A stretch of 64,000 nucleotides of DNA from an uncultured Muribaculaceae bacterium (GTDB taxonomy: Bacteria; Bacillota_I; Bacilli_A; RF39; UBA660): NCBI GenBank assembly GCA_964396655.1, contig CAYNFP010000001.1, positions 70,773 to 134,772 of the forward strand, read 5' to 3'. The notes beneath the pieces were generated by a model. It saw only the letters and a program-made list of their open reading frames with translations, made no database searches and had not been told where the DNA came from. The position numbers and the translations under genes were made by a program. Within the stretch, counting starts at the first letter, position 1. The number at the start of each line of letters is the position of its first letter. Positions 29,170 through 39,487 of the stretch are shown piece after piece.

Positions 29170-30250
29170 GGAGGAGATTATGAGAAAGTTTTCAAAAAGA
29201 CAAATAGAAAAAAGTTTACAGTCATCAATTAATAATATGAATTCAAAACGATTATCTCCGAATGAAAAGAATAATTATAAGGAGGAGTTTAATATGGAAA
29301 AGAAAAGATCAATTTTACCAGTTTTAATACCAACATTTGTTGTTCTTGCAGCTATATTTTTGTTTTGTTTTAGTTATTATAATAAAAATTTAAAAGTTGA
29401 TTCAATTATTACTTTAGATGTTAATCCAAGTATAACTTTATCAACTAATCCAAATAATATAGTTGTAAATGTAAAAGCGCTTAATGATGATGGTGAAGAA
29501 ATTTTAACAGATATTAATGTGTTAGATATGGAAGCTACAAAAGCTATGGATATAATTGTAGATAAATTAATTGAAGGTGGATATTTAGAAGGGGACGGAG
29601 CTAATGTTTTACTTACAGTACAAAATAATGATTTAACTATAGCAAAAGAACTTGAATCAACATTAACAACTAGTATAAATACAAAATTAGATACAGAATA
29701 TATAGCCGGAACAGTATTAACTCAAGTTGATACCATAAGAAAAAATATTGATGCAGATGTAAAAACTATGATGTATGATTATGACATATCTTATAGTAAA
29801 GCAATTTTTATTAGAAATGTTTTAAGAAAAAATAGTACTTTAGTAGCATCTGATTTAGCACCATTAAGAATAAATGAAATAAGTAAACTTATTAATGATA
29901 ATAAAATCAAAATTGATGATATCGTTAAGTATAATGCTAATGCTAATATTTATGAAAGTGCTGAATTGAAACAATTGAAAAAAAGCCAAGATGCTGCAGA
30001 AAAAGCAGCTATTCAAGCAGAAGTAAAATTACAAAAAGCAGCAGAAGAACTTCAATCAAAAATTCAAAATAATGAAAACAGCGAAGAAGAACAAAATAAA
30101 TATACAACAGCAGAGCAGATAAAGACTCAAACTACAGAAGCAGTTGAAGCTGCAAAAAGAGCTTATGAAGAAGCATCAGAACTAAAAAGTAAGAGTAATT
30201 CTGGTGAAACTAATTCAAATCAAAGTACAAATCATCAAGGTAATCATTAA
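29159..30250 (+). CDS. anti-sigma factor, RsgI-like membrane protein
   Basis: TM helix then ITLDVNPSITL...ALNDDGEEIL; C-terminal coiled coil; start uncertain. Confidence 0.8.
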   Translation: MKDKEEIMRKFSKRQIEKSLQSSINNMNSKRLSPNEKNNYKEEFNMEKKRSILPVLIPTFVVLAAIFLFCFSYYNKNLKVDSIITLDVNPSITLSTNPNNIVVNVKALNDDGEEILTDINVLDMEATKAMDIIVDKLIEGGYLEGDGANVLLTVQNNDLTIAKELESTLTTSINTKLDTEYIAGTVLTQVDTIRKNIDADVKTMMYDYDISYSKAIFIRNVLRKNSTLVASDLAPLRINEISKLINDNKIKIDDIVKYNANANIYESAELKQLKKSQDAAEKAAIQAEVKLQKAAEELQSKIQNNENSEEEQNKYTTAEQIKTQTTEAVEAAKRAYEEASELKSKSNSGETNSNQSTNHQGNH

Positions 30251-30270
30251 TTTATAGTAAAAAAACTATT

Positions 30271-30534
30271 TTAAATAGTTTTTTTTGTTTTTAAATAATT
30301 TTCAAAAGCAGGTAGTCCATATTCTTTGTTATAATAATTAGGAAATTCACTTAAATGTGCTAAAGCAATTTTCATTGTTAATATTAAATCATTATTGGTT
30401 ATATTTGTTTGAGGATTTGCTTTTCCATGTTCTAATTCAATATTTACTCCGGTTATTAAATCTTCTGGAGTAAACTTATCAAAATTAACTCCTATTGCTT
30501 TAGCTGTTTTCAATATATCTTCTTTACTATACAT
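30271..30534 (-). CDS. DUF5661-like protein
   Basis: GVNIELEHG, KIALAHLSEFPNYY; GGAGG before ATG at 30534. Confidence 0.75.
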   Translation of the reverse strand: MYSKEDILKTAKAIGVNFDKFTPEDLITGVNIELEHGKANPQTNITNNDLILTMKIALAHLSEFPNYYNKEYGLPAFENYLKTKKTI

Positions 30535-30729
30535 AATACCTCCATTAATATTATATTCCTTTATTTTAAACATTTAAATAATTATTAAAAATATACCATT
30601 TTTTGAGTTTGATTTTTTTATTTATTAAATGTTATACTTATTAAGAAAAATAAGTTATATTTACAAAATTTTGTAATAAAAGTTATATTAAATGCATTAA
30701 ATATTCAGATAGAAATAAAAGAGGTAATT

Positions 30730-33240
30730 ATGAAATTAAATAATTTTAAAAATGATTATAAAGGTTTAAATAATTCAGAAGTAGAAGAATCCATAAAAAA
30801 ATATGGAATTAATACACTTGGTAAATCCAAAAAAGATGGATTCTTTAAAAAATTATTAAAAACTTTTAAAGAGCCCATGTTCATTTTATTAATAGCAAGT
30901 AGTTTAATATATTTATTACTAGGAGAAATTAGTGATAGTTTAATAATGCTTGTTTTTGTGTTTGTAATTATTGGAATTTCTTTTTACCAAGAATATAAAA
31001 CTGATAAAGCCTTAGAAGCTTTAAAAGAACTAACAAGTCCTAAAAGTAAGATAATTAGAAATAATAAATTAGAAGAAATAAAGAGTAGTGAAGTAGTTGT
31101 TGGGGATATTATGGTTTTATATGAAGGTGATGTAATAAATGCAGAAGGGGATATTTTAGAATGCCATGGTTTTGGAGTAAATGAATCTACTTTAACTGGA
31201 GAATCATTTGTTGTATGGAAAAAAGTGAAATTAAATTCTGAAGAAAAAACAGAGTATTTTAAAAAAAACAGATGCTATGCTGGTACGACAGTTACTGGAG
31301 GCTTTGCAACAGTTTTAGTTACTAATGTTGGGGTTAATACTGAATATGGTAAAATAGGGAATAATTTAAATAAAATAGTAGATGTAAAAACTCCTCTTGA
31401 AAAACAGATGGAAAAATTAATTAAAGTATGTGCTATTGTAAGTTTTATATTTTTATTTTTAGTAACGTTAGTAACTTTTGTAAAAAACTCAGTTAATGCT
31501 CCAAATCTATTTGAAAGAATAACACATTCTATAATGGCAGGTATTACTATTGCTATGGCAACTATACCTGAAGAATTACCTGTTGTATTAACAGTATTTC
31601 TAACTATGGGAGCATATATTATTTCAAAGCAAAAATCCTTGGTTCGTAAAATGAATGCTGTTGAAACTCTTGGAGCAGTTTCTGTTTTATGTGTCGATAA
31701 AACCGGAACTTTAACAGAAAATAAAATGGTTGTAGTAGATAATTATGCTTATAGTAGTTTTGAAAATTTATTAAAAGTAAGTTACTTAGCAAGTGAACCA
31801 GAAGCTTATGATCCCACTGAAAAAGCTATTATAAATTTTTATAAAAAAGAGAAGAATTTAAAAAAATTAAAGATTAGTATTCCTGTATATGAATATCCCT
31901 TTACATCAGAAACTAAAATAATGGGTCACGTATTTAAAGAAAATAAAAGGTATAAATCTTACATAAAAGGTGCTTATGAAAAAGTGTTGCCTTTATGTGG
32001 TCTAAGTTCTGAAGAAACAGATATAATAAAAGATAAAATATCAGAATTATCTAAAGAAGGATGCAGAATATTAGCTTTTGCATATGGAGAAACTGATAAA
32101 ATTGATAAAAATTTAAATAATGTAAGATTAAATTTTATAGGTTTATTGGCATTCGCAGATCCTCCGAGATATGGAATAAAGGAAGCTGTAGAAACTTGTT
32201 ATGAAGCTGGTATAAAATTAGTTATGATTACTGGTGATAACGGAGAAACTGCAAAAATTATTGCTGAAAAAATAGGGCTAATAAATAATGGTAATGTTAT
32301 TACAGGAGATGAATTAGAAAAAATAACTGATCAAGAGTTAATAGAAGTAGTAAAAGAAACAAATATATTTGCTAGAGTTCATCCAAATCATAAAATGAGA
32401 ATAGTTGAAGCTTTTCAAAAAAACAATATGGTTGTTGCAATGACCGGAGATGGCGTTAATGATGCAACTGCTTTAAAAAAAGCTGAGATAGGTATAGCAA
32501 TGGGGCAAAGAGGAACAGAGGTAGCTAAGCAGGCATCTAAATTAATATTGTTAGATGATAATTTTAAAACAATTGTAACTGCTGTGGAAAACGGTAGAAG
32601 AATTTATGATAATATTCAAAAAGCAATAAAATATATTTTGATAATTCATATTCCAATAGCTTTAATAGCACTTTTAGTTCCAGTATTTAATTTACCAATA
32701 TTATTATTACCAATACATGTTGTTATATTAGAATTAATAATAGATCCAACTTCTTCAATTATATTTGAAAGATGCAAAGCAGATAAAAATATAATGAAAA
32801 GAAAACCTAGAAAAATTAATGATAGCTTAGTAAGTAAAAAATATATCTTTGCTTCAATAATTCAGGGATTATCAATCTTTATTGCATTTTTTGGTAGTTA
32901 TATATATTTACTAAATAATAATTATGCTAAAGAAATAGCTTCAACATTTGCTTTAACTGTTTTAATTCTTTCAAATTTATTTATTGTATATATAAATATG
33001 AGTAATACTGAAATAGCCATAAATAGTTTCATTAAAAGTTTAAAAGATAAAGTAACAACCGGAATAAATATTTTAATATTAATAATGTTAGGTTTTATAA
33101 TTTATGTTCCTTTTGTTCAAAAAATTGTAGGAACAAAAGCATTAAATTTATATCAAATTTTAACTGCAATTTTAATATCTTTAATTTGTACCTTATGGTT
33201 TGATATAACAAAAAGAATTAAAAATAAAAAAATAAAATAA
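30730..33240 (+). CDS. cation-translocating P-type ATPase (P2 type)
   Basis: TGES, IPEEL, DKTGTLT, TGDN, GDGVND. Confidence 0.95.
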   Translation: MKLNNFKNDYKGLNNSEVEESIKKYGINTLGKSKKDGFFKKLLKTFKEPMFILLIASSLIYLLLGEISDSLIMLVFVFVIIGISFYQEYKTDKALEALKELTSPKSKIIRNNKLEEIKSSEVVVGDIMVLYEGDVINAEGDILECHGFGVNESTLTGESFVVWKKVKLNSEEKTEYFKKNRCYAGTTVTGGFATVLVTNVGVNTEYGKIGNNLNKIVDVKTPLEKQMEKLIKVCAIVSFIFLFLVTLVTFVKNSVNAPNLFERITHSIMAGITIAMATIPEELPVVLTVFLTMGAYIISKQKSLVRKMNAVETLGAVSVLCVDKTGTLTENKMVVVDNYAYSSFENLLKVSYLASEPEAYDPTEKAIINFYKKEKNLKKLKISIPVYEYPFTSETKIMGHVFKENKRYKSYIKGAYEKVLPLCGLSSEETDIIKDKISELSKEGCRILAFAYGETDKIDKNLNNVRLNFIGLLAFADPPRYGIKEAVETCYEAGIKLVMITGDNGETAKIIAEKIGLINNGNVITGDELEKITDQELIEVVKETNIFARVHPNHKMRIVEAFQKNNMVVAMTGDGVNDATALKKAEIGIAMGQRGTEVAKQASKLILLDDNFKTIVTAVENGRRIYDNIQKAIKYILIIHIPIALIALLVPVFNLPILLLPIHVVILELIIDPTSSIIFERCKADKNIMKRKPRKINDSLVSKKYIFASIIQGLSIFIAFFGSYIYLLNNNYAKEIASTFALTVLILSNLFIVYINMSNTEIAINSFIKSLKDKVTTGINILILIMLGFIIYVPFVQKIVGTKALNLYQILTAILISLICTLWFDITKRIKNKKIK

Positions 33241-33307
33241 AATTTTGTTTTTTTAATTGATAAGCAAATATATTAATTATATAATGAAACTATAGGGTGG
33301 TTATTGT

Positions 33308-34423
33308 ATGAAGTATATTAATATGTTGGAATCAGAAATAAAAGAATATATGAAAATATTTTATAAGGAAGATTACCCTTTATTTATAGAAAAATATATA
33401 AACACAAAATCACTGCAAAGAATAAATGGAATTGATCTATTTTGTGGCATGGGAAATACAAAAGTACCAGAACTGCAAATGAAATATAAATATTCAAGAT
33501 TAGATCATTCAATAACTTGTGCTATTATGGTTTGGAATTTAACCAGGGATAAAGTTCAAACTTTATGTGCGTTATTTCATGATTGTGGTACCCCAGCATT
33601 TAGTCATGTTATAGATTTTAAAATGGGGGATAGTGTTAATCAATCCACTTCAGAAAAAAGCACAAAAGATATAATAGAAAATGATGAAGAAGTATTACAA
33701 TATTTAAAAGAAGATGGAATAGATTTAGAGAGTATCATTGATCCTAAAAAATATCCAATTATAGATAAAAAAATTCCGGCAATTTGTGTTGATAGACTAG
33801 ATGGAGTGTTTTCAACAGGATTGATTTGGGGAAAATTCTGGACATTAGAAGATATCAAAAAATTTTATTCTGTGATATCAATTTTTAATAGTCCAAGACT
33901 TTCTATTCCTTCAAGTGAAAGAGCTATGAACTTTGGAATAGAATTAGGTATTGAAGAATCCAGTTCTTATGCTGAGGAATTTTATGAAGGTTGTATAAAA
34001 TATAGTATATTATTACAAAGTATAGAAGATAAATTTTGTATGGCCATTTTAGGCAAGATACTTAATTTATATGAAGAATTAGGTATGTTAAAACCAACAG
34101 ATTTTTATACACTATCTGAAGAAGAAATAATAGAGATTATGCTAAATAGTAAATATTCATTTTTATGGAAAGATTTTACAAATATAAAATCAGTTAGATT
34201 AGCTGAATCAAATTCTTTTTATAGTATGGTAGTTAATGCTAAATTTAGAGAAATAGCCCCTTTAGTTGAAACCGAACATGGTATAGATGTTCTTACAAAA
34301 GTTTCTGAAAAAGCAGCTTATGAATATTTAAAATTAATTGAACATTATAGAAAATACAACAATGCTTTAATGACAACAGATTTATCCACTCGAACAATAA
34401 AATTACTAAGAAAGCTAAAATAA
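33308..34423 (+). CDS. HD-domain phosphohydrolase
   Basis: SRLDHS, LFHD...FSH, VDRLD. Confidence 0.85.
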   Translation: MKYINMLESEIKEYMKIFYKEDYPLFIEKYINTKSLQRINGIDLFCGMGNTKVPELQMKYKYSRLDHSITCAIMVWNLTRDKVQTLCALFHDCGTPAFSHVIDFKMGDSVNQSTSEKSTKDIIENDEEVLQYLKEDGIDLESIIDPKKYPIIDKKIPAICVDRLDGVFSTGLIWGKFWTLEDIKKFYSVISIFNSPRLSIPSSERAMNFGIELGIEESSSYAEEFYEGCIKYSILLQSIEDKFCMAILGKILNLYEELGMLKPTDFYTLSEEEIIEIMLNSKYSFLWKDFTNIKSVRLAESNSFYSMVVNAKFREIAPLVETEHGIDVLTKVSEKAAYEYLKLIEHYRKYNNALMTTDLSTRTIKLLRKLK

Positions 34424-34459
34424 AAAGCTAACATTTAATGTTAGCATTTCATTTAATAA

Positions 34460-34660
34460 TTAATTGTTGTATTTATTGTTGTAGTTTTTATTACCGAATC
34501 TGTTGTTTCCACGTTCAGCTTTTTTCTTGTCGCGACATTCTTTGCATCTAACTGGTTCATTAGTAAACCCTTTTTCAGCATAAAATTCTTGTTCTCTTAC
34601 AGTAAAAGTAAATTCTTTACCGCAATCCTTACAAACGATTATTTTATCTTTTTTCTCCAC
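34460..34660 (-). CDS. zinc-ribbon domain protein (zf-trcl type)
   Basis: CKDCGKEFTFTVREQEFYAEKGFTNEPVRCKECR; AGGAGG RBS, GTG start. Confidence 0.9.
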   Translation of the reverse strand: MEKKDKIIVCKDCGKEFTFTVREQEFYAEKGFTNEPVRCKECRDKKKAERGNNRFGNKNYNNKYNN

Positions 34661-34793
34661 AGTGATACCTCCTTATTGAAAAAATTGTTTACAAGATATT
34701 TAAAATTCTCAAAAATGGAAATATCAAAATAATTTATAAACTTTTCAAAGTATACCATATTCTATGCAATTAATCAATACTTTTTAAAAAAAT

Positions 34794-36346
34794 TGTAATC
34801 ATTTTGTGATAATGTCACCTTAGAACATTTTATTAAAATGTCATCCTACTAAAAAATATGTGTTAATATATTCACTTTAGAAAGAGGCGAATATTATGGA
34901 AGGAAATATAACATTAACAATGAAAGAACAAAGAAAAAATGATATCATTATTAAATTAATTGACAAACAAATAACTATTTCTAAAACTTCTCAATTACTT
35001 GGATTATCCGAAAGACAAATAAAGAGAATTAAAAAAAATTATTTACAAGATGGAATAAAAAGTATTATTCATAAAAGTAAAGGCAAGAAAACAAATCGCG
35101 GGTACACAGATAAATTTAAAACTAAGATATTAAACCTATATAAATCAAAATATTTAGATTGGAATTTTTATCACTTTAATGATACCTTAGAAGATTATCA
35201 TAATATAAAAGTATCAGATACATTTATTTACAATCTTCTTACAACAAATGGGATTGAATCTCCACATAAATATAAATCAAGAAAGACTTCTCACCCTCCT
35301 AGAGAGAGAAAAGAAAATGCTGGAGAATTAATTCAAGTTGATGCTTCTAAACACAAGTGGTTTTATGGTGATGACAACTATTATCATTTAAATGGTGGTA
35401 TAGATGATTCTACAGGGTTAGTTGTGTCTTGTTTCTTTACCAGAGAAGAAACAATATTCGGTTATCAAATGATTATGAAGCAAATTATTGAAAATTATGG
35501 TATACCTGAATGCTTATATACAGATTATAGAACTGTTTTTAAATCAACTAAAAAAGAATTATCTTTAGAAGAAGAAATTGAAGGCAAAGAAATTAATAAT
35601 ACTAAATTTGCCAACATGCTTAAACATTTAGGTACTGATATTATTTCTACTATGAATCCCAGAGCTAAAGGTAGAATCGAAAGATTGTGGAGAACTTTTC
35701 AAGATAGATTATATAAAGAACTTAAAATGAAAAATATTAATACAAATAGAAAAAGCAAACGAGTATTTAACTAACGTATTCATACCAAAATACAACTCTC
35801 GATTTGCTTTACCTATAGATAATACTAAAAATTTGTTCATTTGTCCACTAGAAAGTTTTAACTATAATATTGATTTAGCTGTTTATAGTGAACATAAGGT
35901 TTATCATAATTCTTATTTAAAATACAATAATGCTTATCATGTAATACTTGATAATGATGAGAAGGTATATATTCCAACAAATGAAATATTACCTGTTTAT
36001 ACTTTTGTTGATGGTACAGATCATTTATTATATAACAACAAATGGCATTCTTTAAAAACAATAAAAGATTTTCAAATAAATATTAAAGAATATATGAAAA
36101 GTATTAAACCTGCTGAAGAAATAAACTTATCTAAATCTCACAAACCTTTTAATTCACCTTGGAGAAAATGGAATCCAAATAAAGTATTTTAGTCAAGGAT
36201 GAGCAAAGCGAATTTATCTTAATCCTTGACTAAATAAAAAAGTAAAATATTCTTACATCAAAGCATTACTTTGATGTTATAAATAAATTTACTTGAGTGA
36301 CATTTTTTAAAAATAATTTAGGTGACATTTTCAAAAAAATTTGACA
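34794..36346 (+). mobile_element. IS1202-family (ISNCY)-like insertion sequence, 1553 bp
   Basis: TGT...ACA ends; imperfect IRs with repeated AATGTCA sub-motifs; 16-bp flanking direct repeat TACTTTTTAAAAAAAT (34778-34793, 36347-36362). Confidence 0.9.
34896..36192 (+). pseudogene. DDE transposase split by a +1 frameshift
   Basis: HTH, GELIQVDAS, IDDSTG, YTD, AKGRIERLWRTFQDRL; removing one A near 35745 restores ...NTIEKANEYLTNVFIPKYNSRFA... continuing into ORF 35833-36192. Confidence 0.85.
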
Positions 36347-36393
36347 TACTTTTTAAAAAAATATTAAATGATATAATTTATTTGGAGGCAAAA

Positions 36394-37149
36394 ATGAAAA
36401 TAACAGTTGCTAGTTGGAATATTGGAGAAGACGAAACTCATGAAAAAAATATTGTTGGGTTGGATTCTTATAATTTTATTAAAGAAATGATTGATAAATA
36501 TAATATAGATGTTATATCTTTTCAAGAAGCAATAACATCATCAGAAAATATGATGACTATAAAAGAGTATATAGAAAAAAACACTGATTTGAAGTATTCA
36601 TCTTCTTTAGAGACTTGTCCTTCTCATATAAATATTGGAAGTATGATGGGAGTTGTTACTTGTTCAAGATTTCCAATTGATAAAGAAAAAACAGTTATGT
36701 TTGAAAATCCTCATATAGAGTATAAAAAAAGTGATACAGTTACTTTGGTAATGCATGATAAAGGTTTTATTATTTCTTATATAAATTCCTTACCTTTGGT
36801 AATAGCTAATTGTCACGGAATGCCTTTCTTTGGATTTAAAAGAAGTGCTTTAGAATTTTTAGATATGTTTGAAAAAGCTGAAAAAGAATTATTAGAAATA
36901 CTAACTAAAGAGGGTAATTTTATTGTACTTGGTGATATGAATCATGGAAGTTTTAAAGAAATATTTCCTAAAATATATGATATTACTAATAATAATATAA
37001 ATGGAAACACCTATTTTCACAAAAGCGCTAATGAGAATATGCAATTAGATTATATAATGACAAATAAAAATATAAAAACTAATAAAAGTGAGATAATAGA
37101 TACAAGATTTGATCATAAATTATGTGTAGTAGATATTGAATTAAAATAA
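36394..37149 (+). CDS. endonuclease/exonuclease/phosphatase-family protein
   Basis: ASWNI, FQE, LGDMN, LDYI, FDH; ATG at 36394 after GGAGG. Confidence 0.88.
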   Translation: MKITVASWNIGEDETHEKNIVGLDSYNFIKEMIDKYNIDVISFQEAITSSENMMTIKEYIEKNTDLKYSSSLETCPSHINIGSMMGVVTCSRFPIDKEKTVMFENPHIEYKKSDTVTLVMHDKGFIISYINSLPLVIANCHGMPFFGFKRSALEFLDMFEKAEKELLEILTKEGNFIVLGDMNHGSFKEIFPKIYDITNNNINGNTYFHKSANENMQLDYIMTNKNIKTNKSEIIDTRFDHKLCVVDIELK

Positions 37150-37255
37150 TTCAATATTTTTTTGTAACAAATTTGTAACAAACAAGTAAAGTTAAAAAGA
37201 TGGTAGTTCTCTTTTTATAATGAAACTGATATACTTATTATAGTGCGAGGTTAAA

Positions 37256-39484
37256 ATGATAAAATTAAAAAATGTTTCTAAGTTTTACTATAGCAAAGGA
37301 GTTGTTGCTTCAGGTTTCTCTAAAATCAATTTAGAACTTGATTTAGGAGAATTTGTTGTAATAACAGGAGAAAGTGGAAGTGGAAAATCCACTCTTTTAA
37401 ATGTAATTTCCGGACTAGATTCTTATGAAGAAGGAGAAATGTACATTAATGGAGAAGAGACAAGCCATTATACAGAGAAGGATTTTGAAATATATAGACG
37501 AAAATATATAGGGAATATTTTTCAAAACTTTAATTTAGTTAACAGTTATACTGTGTATCAAAATATTGAATTAGTATTATTAATTAACGGATATAAAAAA
37601 GCTGAAGTTAAAAGCAAAATACTTGATATTATTAAAAAAGTGGAACTTACTAGATATAAAAACACAAAAGTTTCAAAGCTTTCTGGTGGACAAAAACAAA
37701 GAGTTGCGATAGCAAGAGCGCTCGCTAAAGATACTCCTATAATTGTTGCGGATGAACCAACAGGAAATCTTGATAGTAGAAGTGCAGAATCAGTTATGAA
37801 AATATTAAGTGAGATATCTAAAGATAAATTAGTGGTAGTTGTAACTCATAATTATGAACAAGTTGAAGAATATGCAACCAGAAAAATAAAAATGCATGAC
37901 GGAAAAGTTTTAGAAGATAAAATTTTAAAAAAATACAAAGAAATAAAGAAAGTTAAAGAATCAAATTTTAAAGATATAACATTTTTTAATAAAATAAGGT
38001 TAGGACTTAGAAATACATTTAATGTCGTTCCTAAATTCTTATTACTATTAGTTGTATATTTATTTGTAACTTTAGCTGTGGTTGCTGAATATTCAACTAT
38101 AAAAAAGCAAGAATATGAAACTAGTAAAATGGGATATAATTCTTATTTTACTGATATTTCTGATAGAAGAATAGTTATAAATAAACCAGATAAGACAGTT
38201 TTTACAGATGAAGAATATTCAAAAATAGAAAAATTAGATAACATTGATAGAATTGTTAAAGATGATTTAATGCTTGATAGTAGTGTTTCGCTTAATTCAG
38301 ATTATTTTTACTTTTATGGATATGCTAAGTCTTTAGATTTATTAAAAGGCAATGTGGATGAAGGAAGAATGTCCGAAAATGATTATGAAATAGTTATAGA
38401 AGTAACAAAAAATAATTATTATTTTAATGGAGATATAGAAGGGGTTTTAAATACAGAATATTCTCTTCAAAATAATGCTACATATTCTGAAATATTAGAA
38501 AATAAAATTAAAATAGTTGGTATCATTTATACCACAAGTGATAATCTTATTTATGATAATCCTAACTTTTATTTTAGTAATAAAGCAATGGATGAAATAA
38601 GAAGAAGCAATAATGAAAATTATAGTACTACAACATCTGTAATAAATGATGTAATGTTTACTTCCTATGATTACTCTAATATGTATAAATTATCTCCAAG
38701 CACTAAAGTACCTAAGGGATTTATAGTAATTAGTTCAGATATGGATTATAATTGTAAAAAATATAAATGTAAGAATTCAATTATGAATATTAAAGTTAAA
38801 AACATTTATTTTACAGAAGAACTAAACTTTAAAGTTTATAATACTTACACTAAAAAAACATTTAAAAAATATACAGGATACTCTAATTATGATATGAATA
38901 ATGGACAATATTATATTAATTCTGAAGATTATTATAATATTTATAATAAGGGTTCTTATCAAAGTAGTATATTTGTAGAAGATGTTAAAAAAGTTGATGA
39001 AACAATTAAATCTTTAAAAGATATGGGATATAAAACTTTATATGTAAAAGACGCAATTGTTAATCCTTATGGAGATGCATCTAAGTTCTCAACGTTATTT
39101 TTAACAATATTTATGGGTGCTGTTACTATTGGTTTATTCTTTATAGCGTACTTTATTATTAAAATAATTTTAAAATCAAGAAATATTTATTTTTCAACAA
39201 TAAGAATACTTGGAGCAAGTAAAAAGACTGCTAATAGTTTACTTAATATAGAATTGTTTACTGTATTTAATTTAGCGTTTATTACTATTATTTCATTTAT
39301 AGTATTAGTTTATAATAAGATAATAAATATAACTTATATAGAGGATTTAATAAAATATTTAGAGCTTAAAGATTATATTGTTCTTTATGCAATATTATTT
39401 GTTATATCATTCTTAATTACCAAAAGATATGCTAAAAAATTATTTGCATCTTCTGCGATGAACACATATAGAGAAGAGGTGTAA
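37256..39484 (+). CDS. ABC transporter fused ATPase/permease (MacB/FtsX-like)
   Basis: GESGSGKS, LSGGQ, ADEPTGNLD, then TM and large extracellular region. Confidence 0.92.
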   Translation: MIKLKNVSKFYYSKGVVASGFSKINLELDLGEFVVITGESGSGKSTLLNVISGLDSYEEGEMYINGEETSHYTEKDFEIYRRKYIGNIFQNFNLVNSYTVYQNIELVLLINGYKKAEVKSKILDIIKKVELTRYKNTKVSKLSGGQKQRVAIARALAKDTPIIVADEPTGNLDSRSAESVMKILSEISKDKLVVVVTHNYEQVEEYATRKIKMHDGKVLEDKILKKYKEIKKVKESNFKDITFFNKIRLGLRNTFNVVPKFLLLLVVYLFVTLAVVAEYSTIKKQEYETSKMGYNSYFTDISDRRIVINKPDKTVFTDEEYSKIEKLDNIDRIVKDDLMLDSSVSLNSDYFYFYGYAKSLDLLKGNVDEGRMSENDYEIVIEVTKNNYYFNGDIEGVLNTEYSLQNNATYSEILENKIKIVGIIYTTSDNLIYDNPNFYFSNKAMDEIRRSNNENYSTTTSVINDVMFTSYDYSNMYKLSPSTKVPKGFIVISSDMDYNCKKYKCKNSIMNIKVKNIYFTEELNFKVYNTYTKKTFKKYTGYSNYDMNNGQYYINSEDYYNIYNKGSYQSSIFVEDVKKVDETIKSLKDMGYKTLYVKDAIVNPYGDASKFSTLFLTIFMGAVTIGLFFIAYFIIKIILKSRNIYFSTIRILGASKKTANSLLNIELFTVFNLAFITIISFIVLVYNKIINITYIEDLIKYLELKDYIVLYAILFVISFLITKRYAKKLFASSAMNTYREEV

Positions 39485-39487
39485 ACC

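Noticed and set aside
35735-35760. Programmed ribosomal frameshift in the transposase
   Set aside because: No canonical slippery heptamer at the junction; a single-base insertion explains it more simply
36341-36377. Hybrid promoter from the IS-end TTGACA
   Set aside because: The nearest TATAAT (36372) is 25 bp away; the downstream gene has its own TGnTATAAT
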